The position numbers were made by a program, and so were the translations under genes. Under the pieces are notes generated by a model that made no database searches, had not been told where the DNA came from, and saw nothing but the letters and a program-made list of their open reading frames with translations. DNA of 64,000 bases from Heptranchias perlo. Taxonomy: Eukaryota. The stretch covers positions 10,106,001 to 10,170,000 of the forward strand of contig NC_090353.1 of NCBI RefSeq assembly GCF_035084215.1. Reading direction: 5' to 3'. Numbering within the stretch: the first letter of the stretch is position 1; each line of letters begins with the position of its first letter. This document shows, in pieces, positions 51,256 to 64,000 of the stretch.

Positions 51256-53149
51256 TCCTCTCTCGCTGTTTGGTTTTCAAATGTTTGACTTCATTTACTG
51301 GAGAAAAGTTTAATTAATTTTTCCAGTAATTGGAAGTACAATGTAGACAATTTGAAACTTTCAATTTGTAAACCAATTTACTCTTGTTGCAATTCTTATA
51401 CTGTGGTTAAGGCTTGTTGGTTTTCCATCCTTGGCAATTAGTTAATAAAGGCCTTTATATCTAGAGCCTTGTGGTTCCATTTAGTTAACATTTTTGGATC
51501 TATATTAGTAGCTCCTGATTAGTGTGTTGATAACTAAAGCCACTTTTACACTATTGCTGGAAGTTGGACTGGAAACTTATGATGTCTTGAGTACTGCTAC
51601 CCCCTTTTAAATGCACCTATGTGTTATTGGAGAGCCAATAGATATAGCCCTGTGTTTTCCACAAGTCTGTTTTCTGCTCCATTCAAAGTGGGGTGCCAGT
51701 GGCCGTCGAGGTTTGGAGCTTGCCTTAGTTTATATTAGTTGCTATTGATAGTAGGAGCACTGCCATACTGTGCTGAAGGCACATTATCAGTGTAAACATA
51801 GCTTTTGCAAGTTCATGGCGTAACCCAGATTAGGTTTTCAGGTTTAAACAGGACTTTTCAGTATTGTAAGCATGTTTCCCCTCCCCTCTCCATTCTCCCT
51901 AAAGTTACTCTTCAATAAACATTCTATGTTAGATGGTATCTGTAATGAATACCACCTCACTGAATATTTTGCTAAAATTGGTCAGATACTATGCTAGTGC
52001 TTCCAAATAGACTTGTAGAAAGGCAAGATTGTTCCACCTAACAATTCTGGAGTACAAATAACCAACTTTCAAAAGAATACAGAGTATGGAATGGTGGTTA
52101 ACACATTAGGTGCTTTTTATAGTGCCGCCAACAAAGGGAGATGTGTAAAGCTTCTATGTTCCGACAGCATTGTACACACATGAAAATGTGCATTACGATC
52201 CTGTCTTCTGCATAAGGTAGTCAGTTTTAATAATGCAAATCTTGGGTGCTGGATCTGCACATTTGCTGTTTGTGAGGCTGGGTTTAAAAAGCAGTATAAC
52301 CATGAAAAGCAAAAGCACCTCTAATGCTGTGTACCTTAAAGTACCTTTCAGACTTGGTCCGTTAATCACTAAGGGCAGTTAATTATTTTTATGATGGATG
52401 TTGAATTTAGTACCCTGCTTGTTTCTGTCATAGCTACACTATTTCCATCTATCTTCATGTAGCACAGTTATGGTTTATTTAAGGCGGTTTTAATTCTTCA
52501 ATGGGTATATGTGTTGTTTGGTGTGGTCCTGAAGCATACAGACCTGGAGTCCAAGTTTGATCTCTATCCTGGTGTCAGGGAAGGGAACGATGTTTTGGCT
52601 TGCTGTCCATTGACCTCTGCTGAAACTGCGAGTGTGCTCACTGCAAACAGACATGATCAGCCTCATCTGTGATGCTTCTCTTTCTCTTTTTTTATTTCCA
52701 CCCCTCCCAAAAGACCTCTGATTGCTGGCCAGCCTCAAAATATGAAGAATACATTTTGGGTATGGGGCTAGAATGCCAGCACTGCCTCTACAACTGTGCC
52801 ACAGGATGAGTAGCCTTTGGGGAGAGGAAAGGGGACAGAATTTTGGGGTGGAATAAGCAATTTTCTGACCTTGTTCTCTGCAATCTACATATTTTATAAG
52901 GGTAGCTCCAGTGAAGGAGATTTTTCTCTCTCACTCCTAGATCCATTTGAATCCCTCACCTTTGCTGGTAAGGTGAACTGAAGGCCTCTGCCAGTGTTGT
53001 CTTAGAGGTGTGTGGCAATGATCTGGTCTCCCTTTTCAGCAGATGCAGCAGCTTCGTCCCAACATGATTCATAAGGCAGAGAAATGGATACCAAAGCATG
53101 CAGGCACTTACCAGCTACGGTGAATTTATCTCCTCCCACCTGTGACACG

Positions 53150-53470
53150 TCGTGTTAGCTGCCTTCCACTGAGGCTCCAGTGGGAAACAACAATTGGGCT
53201 CCTGTATTCCTTGCTTGGGAGGGAGAGAAATTGACCACTCTAATGACCCTAGTGTGCATGTGCAAGTGTCAGATGAAAAGAGGATTGAAAATCAGAGTGG
53301 AAAGCCTAGCTGACTTTCTTTCCTTCTCCCGAGGTTGCTGAGGCCAGTTGTAACGCCTCTTTCCTCCCCATCCCAGCGCCTTATCTGACGTTCTCGTAAC
53401 GGACCCAAGACAACTTAGTCTGTTGTGACGTTCCACCCTGCTTATTTACCCACTCAGCCATTGGTAGGAG
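53150..53470. mobile_element. Inverted pair of decayed LF-SINE-like fragments in intron 2
   Basis: + fragment gttagctg..acaattgggctc..gggagggagagaaa..gtcagatgaaaagaggattg, then reverse fragment gctgaggccagttgtaacgcc. Confidence 0.45.
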
Positions 53471-55855
53471 CTGTCCAGGATCTGCTACATGCTTTCAATG
53501 CAAGAAATTCCAAAGTTATCCAAGTAAATATTTCTTATCCTAACTTTGCTACATCTCCCTTTCAAATGGAAAACAGCATTTGGATGCCTTTACGGTTTTA
53601 ATCCTTGTGCATCGTGTTAAATTAATTTTAATTTTTAATCTTTAATTTTATTAGGACTTATATGCCCATATGTGAGATGAACAGCATCTGTAATGTATTT
53701 GAATTGAAACATGTCTTTGCCTTTTTTAAGCCCATATTTTTAATTTAAATGCAAACATCTATATATGTAAATATTTGCTGTATATAGTGTTGGTACTTAA
53801 ATGGGACAATAGATTCATGTATAAGTTTGGAGAAATCCTAATCCTGAAACAATTTAATTCTTAACTATCCCACACTAATTTGTAGACATGAAATAATTGG
53901 GAACCAATGACAAAAGTCTATGTTTAAAAATGTGCTGGATATTTCACCCAATTGACCATACTTCATATGTGAGCATAGACAGACTGTTGGTGGACTGTTC
54001 AACTGTTGGGAGAGGGGAGAACAGGGATCATGGTCAAGTCTGTTCCTGTCATTCCTGATGTTCATTTGGGCAATTTCGGGGGGGTGGGTTTACAGGAAAA
54101 CAATTAATGTAAACTGTGCCCTCCCCTGGATGGACTAGTGATCGAAGCTGACATGGAGGAGTGTGGGGGGAAGAGGTGCTGTGCTCAGTACCAAACCATG
54201 CAGCGCACAAAGCCACTGAGCCTTCTGAGACACTAAGGTAGATTAACTGACCTTTTATAGAATCCACCAGGAGTAATAATAATTATACTAAGCACTTGTA
54301 TTTATATAGAGCCTTATATCAAAATTTGTGATGTTTGGAGACAATTAATTACTTATTGCTTAGTTTCTTAAAGTGATGGGAAGATGTGCCGATATAGCAA
54401 ACTTGAATGGTTTTTGAATAAGTTCAGAGCACCTCACCTGTTGCGCTCATTCCTTTTGCCTTTTCCTCAATTTTTGTATGTGCCAAAGTGATTGGTGGTG
54501 CTGAGTTCCTATAGTAGATTTCTATGGTGAGGAAGGAAGTTTGAAATAGTGCTGATTGTTTAATTCCAGAAATGTGTAAAGTGTAGTCCCTCATGCTTTC
54601 GGTTATTGTACTTCCCAGCCAGTTGTCTTCTGCCCATATTTGCTCCCTGAATAGACTGATGGATATTCCTTTTTGTTACCTTTTGAGTAGTTGTAAGTTT
54701 TCTCTTTTTCTGTAGTCACTGTTCCCTTGTTGTCGTGACTCAGTTTGACTGGTGCCTTCATGAAATGATGAGCTTCCATCCCTTTCCTTTTCACATTATG
54801 TACCACTTTTTGGCCAGGGGTGGTCTGTTGCAGTATCCATCCAGCATTCTACCAGTGTTACTATGAGCTGGACATTAGGAAATGTAGAATGGGATCCTTA
54901 ATAACCAAGTGAAAATGGCTCTCAAAATATTTCAGTAGAAGCTAATGGAAAATAAGTTTTAAAAATAATGCCCACATACAGGTATTGTACCCTATTTAGG
55001 TAGCACATCTTACCTGAATTGAAATGGCTTTGAATTAAAACTGCTTCCTGTTAGGGCTCTACTTTGTTTTACAGTCATGATGTAATTATCATTCCCATGT
55101 GATCTTTACATGAATGAAATTGTTACCTAGTTATATGAGTTTCAGGAAAATACAGTTTGTATGTTTGAGTGTTTTCTTAGTGCCACCTCCTTTCCAGTAA
55201 ATGTGTCCTCCACAGGATGGACTGGCCAATGCTGCTTTTGTGCCTAGTCGGGTTTATTCTGCAGTTTTTTTTGTTTGGTATGAAATTGGATGACTAGTAA
55301 TCAGACTTGCCTTCTTCAATCAATATAATGAATTTGGACAACTTGTAGCGTTAAACATATATTGCTGGTTTTGATCACGGTTTCATTTGTATGCTGCACA
55401 TGTTGGCAAAAGAAAAATTTGCACAGGGGATCTTAAGGGAGCAGGTGGTGCGTTGTCTTTCAACTACTGATCCACGGCCAGGCTGGCTTTTTATAGAAGT
55501 TCTGGCATTACATGAGGGAGCTGCTTCATTCTGTTAATGTGACTTTGGTACGTGTGTCAGCTCTGGGTTGAGAGAAACTGGGGCTGGATTTTGGGATGGG
55601 GATTTTACGTGCAGAGTGCGCCTTGCAAATATTGACACAAAGTGGAATGGAGAGTTTTTAAGAAATTTATAACTAGCAATACTTTTATTTCTGCACTTGT
55701 TTCTGTAAATAGTTACTTTCACTTAATACAGCTGACAAAACTTTGGGTCCTATGCAAATTACAGTGTAAATAGAAACTGGAGTATGAGAAATTAAGAGTT
55801 CTCCCTTCTGGGGAGTTAGTAACTGAGATGTTGCTGACCAAACACTTCCTTTTAA

Positions 55856-55978
<123 letters not shown>

Positions 55979-56947
55979 TAATAACATTGTGCATGTTTTG
56001 GTATATGTAGAGATTTAAATCTTCCATCTCCTCCTTCCCCCAGCTACCCCCCTTTGAAGTTGTTGACTTGTGTTGTTCCATGGGTGCTTTGTCCTCGGCC
56101 TAACCCAGAGGAGTTGAAGTCAGTTATGGTAACCTGCTTCTGCCCTAGTTGGGATCAAATAACTTGGTCAAACACGGTATCTTCCTGGAATGTTTGGCTT
56201 CATTCCATGCTGGACAATCTTTCTTCAAGCTTGAATGTTAGGTTGTAGATGTGTTGTACAAAATTTCACCACTGATGAGGTTCAGATCTCATGTTGATTT
56301 GGTTGTTTATAAATGAAATTGTTGGTGGGTGTTGAAGCATTAATTTGCAGCAACAGGCTTCCCAGCCTCCCTGCAATAGTGCAGTTGAAGTTTTGATTGG
56401 AGGTGAGGTCCTTCCTTGAAGTCAAAGGAAAAACTGGATGCCTAGTCTTCAGATTGCTTTTGTGCACCTCCTTGGAATATACTGTCTGTACCAGCAGACT
56501 CAGCACATGTGGGCCCTGGGATCATAAAGGGTATACATTTAGGGAGAAAAGGGGTTGTGTGCTGTACAGCAGGGCATATATCATCGAAACAAGTGAAATG
56601 ATCTAGAAAGATACTCTCCAGCAAATGTTAACATTGATGATTAAATCAATGATTATGTCTGCAAAGTCCCTACTAGTCAATGTTGTTATCATGTTTATTT
56701 AAAGTATTGGTACCAAAACCTATAGAAAATTCCACTTGAAGCGAACATGCTTCAATGTTGCTTGTTTTGTGGTGCTCTTAAGTGATCGCAAATTACTTCC
56801 GCCATTACTACTAACACTGGAACCTAGTGTTTTAAAACACAAAATGTGCTCGCCAGATACATTCTAAGTTCAGGATGAAATCTTTCTTTCACAACTGAAG
56901 TAGACATACAAGTGATTCACATGCCCAACATTATGCTTTGGTAACGC

Positions 56948-57538
56948 TAAAGCAAAATACTATGGATGCTGGAAATCTGAAATAAAAACAGAAAATGCTT
57001 GAAGGTCAGGCAGCATCTGTGGAGAGAGAAATAGAGTTAATGTTTCAGGTCGATGACCTTTTGTCAGAACTGGAAGAAGTTAGAGATTTAACAGTTTTTA
57101 AGCAAGTACAGAGCCAGGGAAAGGGTGTTGGGGAAGGGGAGAAAAGAATAAAGGGTGGAGGACATGAGTGGTTAAATGACAAAAGGGATGATGGTGCACG
57201 GTAAAAGGGGGTGTTAATGAGACAAGTAAAGAAACAAACGATAGGTCCAGAGGAGGCATAAATGGTAACATCAGAACCATTACCAGCACCTGCTGTCCAA
57301 AAAAAATGGGAGTATTGGTTATGATCTGAAGTATGGAAATTAAGGTTGTAAAATGCCTAATCGAAAGATGAGGTGCTGTCCCATGAGCTTTTGTTGAGCT
57401 TTGGAACCGAGGACAAAGAGGTGGAAGTGGGACGGAGAATTAAAATTGGACGCTCAGGGCCACGCTTGCGGACTGAACGGAGATGTTCAGCAAAGCGATC
57501 ACCCAATCTGCGTTTGGTCTCCCAGTGTAGAGGAGACT
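56948..57538 (-). mobile_element. Penelope 3' end/pLTR in intron 3, antisense to ELAVL1
   Basis: Same family as 410-975 (ETKRRLGDRFAEHLRSV). Hammerhead relic at 57035-57071 with core CTGACAA. Confidence 0.88.
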
Positions 57539-57581
57539 TGTGTAAACTGCTAATCCCAGCAATGGACATGATTTTGTTTGA

Positions 57582-57743
<162 letters not shown>

Positions 57744-58621
57744 TAATTTTTACATTTTCATTAACGATAAAAGGAATACATGTAAATGTGCACATAGGTG
57801 ATATTTGTAACTTTGGGATATTGTCTCTGAGCTTTTGCCTGGCTGCATAAAAGTGGACCTTTCTAATCTGGTCTAGTGTGCACCTCCATTAATTTGCTTC
57901 ATCTTAAGTGGTCAAAACATAAAGCTTCTGTGGCTTGCACCTTTCCAACCATCTTTGGGAACTGGGAAGACTGACTAACTTTTTTTGTCTCTTTTTCTCC
58001 TCATCCTTCTAAAGGCAGTGGTTCCTCTGGTACTACTGTTTCCCCTGACTGCAGATCAGTTTCCTTATTGTTTAATACATTTTTATATGTTAAGCCATCA
58101 AATGTTATTTGTAATGAGTTTATTTGATGGTGCCAACAGCCCAATCACATACACATTCTCTGGGTGGGTTACATTTTTTCAAATTAAGTCACAATCTTCA
58201 AAATGCTCATGCTTTGGTTTAGATTTTTTTTCCCCATATCTTCCTAAAGGTGTTGACTGCTTGTTGGAATATGGTTCTACAGTAATTCGTCCAAGATTTA
58301 TGGCACACCGGTTAAATTCTATATTGCATTCTTGTATGGAATCACAGTGGGACTGGCAATTTATCTGATACTTTTAAACTGGTAAAATAGCAATATTCCA
58401 TCCAGCAACTTTGACCTATGGTAAATACTGACTGCTTTTATGCTAATTATTTTCCAGGTACTTGTATGGAGTTATTTCCAGTAATTACAGTCACTCTAAA
58501 TACTACATTTTAAATGTGTTTCTTTTAAGCATCAATAGAATGTAACTCAATGGTAATTTCCAGATCAAATAAACAGGCTGCATTTCATAGACCGATCTTA
58601 AATAGATCGCTGGCACACTAG

Positions 58622-59053
<432 letters not shown>

Positions 59054-61096
59054 TGATTCATTCAATACCCAAAAAAATGACTTTAATCCTCCTGGACTAC
59101 TAGAGGCTGAGGCATTGTTTTGCCACTGTTTCCCTGTTAGAATTTATTGTAGATTCTTTCAGACTTAATCCTGAATTTTGCAACTGGGGCAATTGATGTG
59201 TTTGGCCATTCATTATTTAACCTGCTGTTCACTGAGCACCAATTTGGACCTTCATTAACAAATGATTAATTGGATTTTGGTTAATCGTAATGATATATTT
59301 CTGTCATTAGCTCTTTGTTCCCTTTGAAAGTGAGTGCTGGAAACAAGATAGGCATATCCAGAAAGGCTGATTCATCTCGGGTCACTTAATACTGCAGTAT
59401 CTTGTGAGGGAATAGGTGTCCAAATATTTGGACTAGTGGGCCAGATCCATTCTTCACAACTATCAAATGATGTACATACGATTAAATCCATTCTGATTTA
59501 GGTGGAATCATCATTCAACACCACTTCAGTCCCCAATATATTTTGTATCTTTTGGAGTTCTGAGACCATGCCATGCCTATCTCCCTCTCTCTTCTCCGCC
59601 CCGCCCCCCCCCCACCGCCATTATTTTTACCTGTCTGTTTTGCTTGCCTCTGCAACCATGGAGAAGGGGAGAGGCGACATCATTTGCTACTGAGCCTGGA
59701 GCTTGGGGAAGAATGTTGGAGAGTGCTGTATGCTCGGGAAGAGCGGCAGTCTAAGAGTAGCGTCACCTTTTGTGGTGGTGAGGAGAGGGCACTGTTAGAT
59801 GGCAGCATCCTTGGGCTCAGTGGCCCCGCCTGAGCCTTTAGCGGCTATTTTGGATAGTGTGAGGTAGGTTGACCAAGCCCTAATTCCAACTCTCCCTTTC
59901 GCTTCCAACAAGAGCCACATATGAGTAAGGACTGTGAGTACAAAGGGCTCACTTATGGAAAAAAGCAGCTGGCATAATCAGTTAATCTTCCGATGAGGAA
60001 TTAAAAATACCAAATGGACACAGCGGGTGCAGCAGGCTGACATGCCTACTGCCCCTGGTGACGTTTTACCCTTTCAGCGAGGACATGCCTCAAAAAATCA
60101 TAATACTGCACGTCCTGACTGGATGGGAGAAAAGAACTAGTTGGGGGGTGTGTGCCAGCCTAGTGTGAATGCTAGCACTGCTGTCTGATAGTTCAGGTCT
60201 CCATTGACAGATCAGTTGTTTCTGCTAGCAGTATTTTTTTCTGATTAGGAGCTGCTTGGCAGGCCATTTGAAATTGTGAGGTGGGCTGAATTTGGACTGG
60301 AGGTTTGCACCATAAGATTTAGATTTTAAAATGTTTAGAAATGCACTATTTATTCCAAAATTGATGTCATGGTTTTTGATTTGCATTTGGCATTTGAAAG
60401 TGCTTTCTTATTTGCCTTGTCAAAAATGTCTGGTGTCAGGAATTTCTGTCTGCTACAAGTCCGCCTCGTCTCTTTGGGTTTGTTCAGATGTTGCCTTTGC
60501 AAGGAAGCCTGCAAGAAAATTGCAGGATTTTAGTTTTAGACACTTTCACCAATATTATGTAGCTTCAAATTTTTAGATAGCAGTTTTGATGCTTTTATGT
60601 TTGGTGCTTTTGTAGTTCAGATTGCAGGAAAGTGGAGCCCATGAGCCAGTTCCCTGTGTTTACATTGCTAAAGCTGCTCCCTTGTCCCAACGGGTCTAAA
60701 AAGCTGTTGCGGTAAGGGAGTTAAACTTGTTTACATGTGGAATGCAGCAGACAGAGGGCAACTTGGTAACCCTTGTTTAGCTGTACTCGTAGTGTAAAAG
60801 TGCACGATAAAGAGTTGTGTTGGGCTACAGTGTAAGGCTTTACAATACCATAAAATGCTTCGCGACAGTTTCAAGTGGTAGACTTGTGCTAAGGATGAAG
60901 TTTGTTAATGTCTGCATTGGTCTATAAATGTGTATGGATCAGTTGTTCTAAGATTAAATCACTGGCTTAACATCATTAGTGTCCCTTCTCCCCAGTAGTG
61001 AGATTTTTATTGTCTTTTTATTTTTTGGAAGGGGGGGTTTTTACTAATTTCTATTTGTTTTTGTCACTTTTGAAGCCTTTGGCACCGACTTCTTGA

Positions 61097-61450
<354 letters not shown>

Positions 61451-64000
61451 TTTAAAGCTTGTGCGCGTTTGTAAGCATTTGATTAGAAATACACTGCTGA
61501 AAGGTGAATAAGTCCACTAGTGTAAAACAACTCTTATTGTTGTGACAGAAGTGTTTTGTCTACCATTCTAGAAGAATAAGTGAAAAGGATTTTTTTTATA
61601 TTACTAGTACTCTGGGATGCAACTAACATGAAATGTTCAAATGTTTGATACCTTTCCTTCCATATTTCCCTCCTTTCTTCCCATCCACCCAAAAAAGGAG
61701 GGCAAAATGCTGAACCATATAGTAGTTCTCTGGATTTGGAATAATATCGCTTTAAATTGCAATAGTCATTCCATTTTAATATAACCAGTTGTGTAACTGG
61801 CAGCTCTTGGTTCAAACCTACTTACGTTTGGGAAAGCAATTTCATAATGCACTACTTGTTAGCACAGGCTTCACTCATTAGTAAACCTTTTTGAATTAAA
61901 ATATGCTTGATTTATGCCCATAAAATTAATATGTTTAGTATTAAGTTCATCCAGACTCTTGAGCCATGGTTGTGATTTACATTTTACTGTAGATAGTGTA
62001 AATGGCGCCTTCTTTGTCCTCCGTTCTCATGAAATATGGTAGTAGGTGCAAAACTTTTTCAAATTTTAATTCCTGACAAAAGTATAACTGTGAGCCAATC
62101 GTTTTCAATAATGAAGCATTTACAGTATACAGTACAAGAATGGAGCAGGTGGCTTTAACACATTTGCCAAATTTCTATGTGAAAGGAGCATGTCGGTTGG
62201 GAAGTTATGATGTATTACAGGATTAATTCTACTTGTAATATCATCCTGGAGGTTCAAAGCTTTGAACGTATGTAGGTTTGTTGCACCCCATCTAGTGAAC
62301 TCCATTGCATTTCTTTTTTTTAAAAAAAAAACTTTTTTGTTTTTTGCATAATTGACACGCTAAGCTGGGATAATGCATCAGAATAGAAAGTACTTAATGT
62401 TTTTTTTCATGCAGGTTAGCTGTCGACACAAAGCTTTGTTAAAATAGATTTAAAGAAGACTAATCTAAAAGTTTTTTCAAACTGCCTTTGAACTTCGTTA
62501 ATGTTCTGTTATTATATAATTTCTTTTCATTTTGTTTCCTTTGTTTTGTTTGACTTGATTTTACTTTTGCATTTATGATCATTAAATTTGTTTTGTTTTG
62601 CTCCAATTTTGTTTTGTTTTTGTTTTTTTTTCAGTTTTAAAGTTCATTTGCTGTTTAGCGCTTCAAATTTTTATTTTACAATTTGGGGTAGGAATTGAGG
62701 GGCCAGTGTGCAGACAGGCACCTGATCTTTAGGTACCCTGCCAAAGAGTTTTACACCTTATGCTGAAGTGGGCTTCACAGAGCATCTATTTTTATAAACA
62801 AACTTTTTACAGGAGTGCTAGCAGGGGATTTTGAGTGGAAAGTTTTGTATGCCAACTGGTGAGCTTTTAAATAAATTAACCAGACGAACCTTCAGTAGAC
62901 AGATAGCTGTAGCCGGCTTTTAAATCTTTGTCAGAATTAAATGCAGACACAAATCCACTGGTCCTGTTTGAGTGAGGGCAGGTTGCATGGAGGGAAGAGA
63001 AATTTTATTGCTTATGTTAGCACATGATTATGGATAGTGCTAAGAAGTGGTTTGGAGAAGCTAAACTTCTTAAACCCACAGTAAACGCACAGTCAGGCTT
63101 AGTCTCAAACCTTTGGCAAAGGGAACTGACACCAAATGTAGCATTGCTTTTAACCTTTATCTTTGTGCCAAACACACTGGTGTGTTTAAACACCAGAATG
63201 GAATTTTTGAGTATTATTTCTTCAATTTATACAGGAAAGAAGTTAGGGTATCTCAAAATATTGATAATTAAACTGTTGTGGACTTTCAGCTGAGCTCCTT
63301 TTCTCATCCCCCAGCTCCCTAGTACTTCAAAACTCCTGGAGGAAGGAGCTGTGGAAAAACACACTTAATTTTTCATGTGCAAATATAATTTGGACCTTTA
63401 CAAATTGTAGGGAAGGTACTACAATTTCTGGGAGCTGAGGGCAGTCAGGCATCAGATTAATAGAGACTGATTTATGGTTCTCTGATTTCTCATTGCAGGC
63501 CCTTTTCCTCCTAACTTTGCCCAGTACGTTGCAGTCTCCAGTACTAGATGCAGTTCACTCTTATTCAGATAACAAGCTGATGACAGTGACATTTCAGATT
63601 TTGCTTTAATGCTATTGCCTGAATATCAATTACATTGTGGTAGAAAATAGAAGGACTGTTTTCCACACCACGAGTAACGTTTGAGAAGTAATTTGTATCT
63701 GAAGTAATTAAGAATAGTTTGCTGGAGGAGAATAACAAAGCAGTTGGATTGTCTTTGTGCATGTATGTAGACTGCCACCACAATCTGCCTTTTTAAATTT
63801 GGTTCAGAGCTAATTATTCACTAGTGCAAACTGATTTACTATTCAGCCAACTAAATGCCTGCAGTTACTCAACCATATTCAGCAAGGGAACCCAGTTGTG
63901 AAGAGAGAATCTGGCTGACAGTTTGTGCATTTGTTTGAGAGCATACATTTTCTGGCGAGATCAGGTTTAGTTTGTAAGAAGAATGATTTTGGCTAGGCCT
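61451..64000 (+). other. ELAVL1: ELAVL1 3'UTR (AU/U-rich, end not defined)
   Basis: No recognisable TE. U-rich, with several ATTTA pentamers and poly(A) hexamers ATTAAA (61895, 62581) and AATAAA (62870). Confidence 0.7.
62510..62690 (+). terminator. Candidate major polyadenylation region: ATTAAA embedded in GU/U-rich tracts
   Basis: ATTAAA at 62581-62586, flanked on both sides by (TTTTG)n-like tracts. Confidence 0.55.

Overview
Vertebrate genomic DNA. The repeat content (CR1, L2, Penelope, Deu-domain SacSINE1-like and LF-SINE-like elements) points to a cartilaginous fish. The right third holds an apparently complete ELAVL1 (HuR) gene on the + strand: a TATA-less CpG-island promoter near 44.4 kb, a non-coding exon 1, five coding exons (1023 nt, 340 aa, internal exons of 104/154/226 nt) and a long U-rich 3'UTR. 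The left two thirds are mostly decayed retroelements, including a dense nested CR1 cluster at 22.8-43.5 kb and a Penelope element with an inverted terminal copy carrying hammerhead-ribozyme relics. The main unexplained signals are: (1) a chain of minus-strand exon-like units that starts at the ELAVL1 promoter (candidate divergent spliced transcript); (2) a ~400 bp hairpin-dense element bounded by diverged direct repeats at 40.7-41.1 kb; (3) a frame-preserving candidate cassette exon in the HuR hinge intron; and (4) neuronal-ELAV-like residues in RRM2 and the hinge. Repeat boundaries are approximate and family names come from visual recognition, not database searches. Almost all ORFs in the supplied track are TE fragments or noise.
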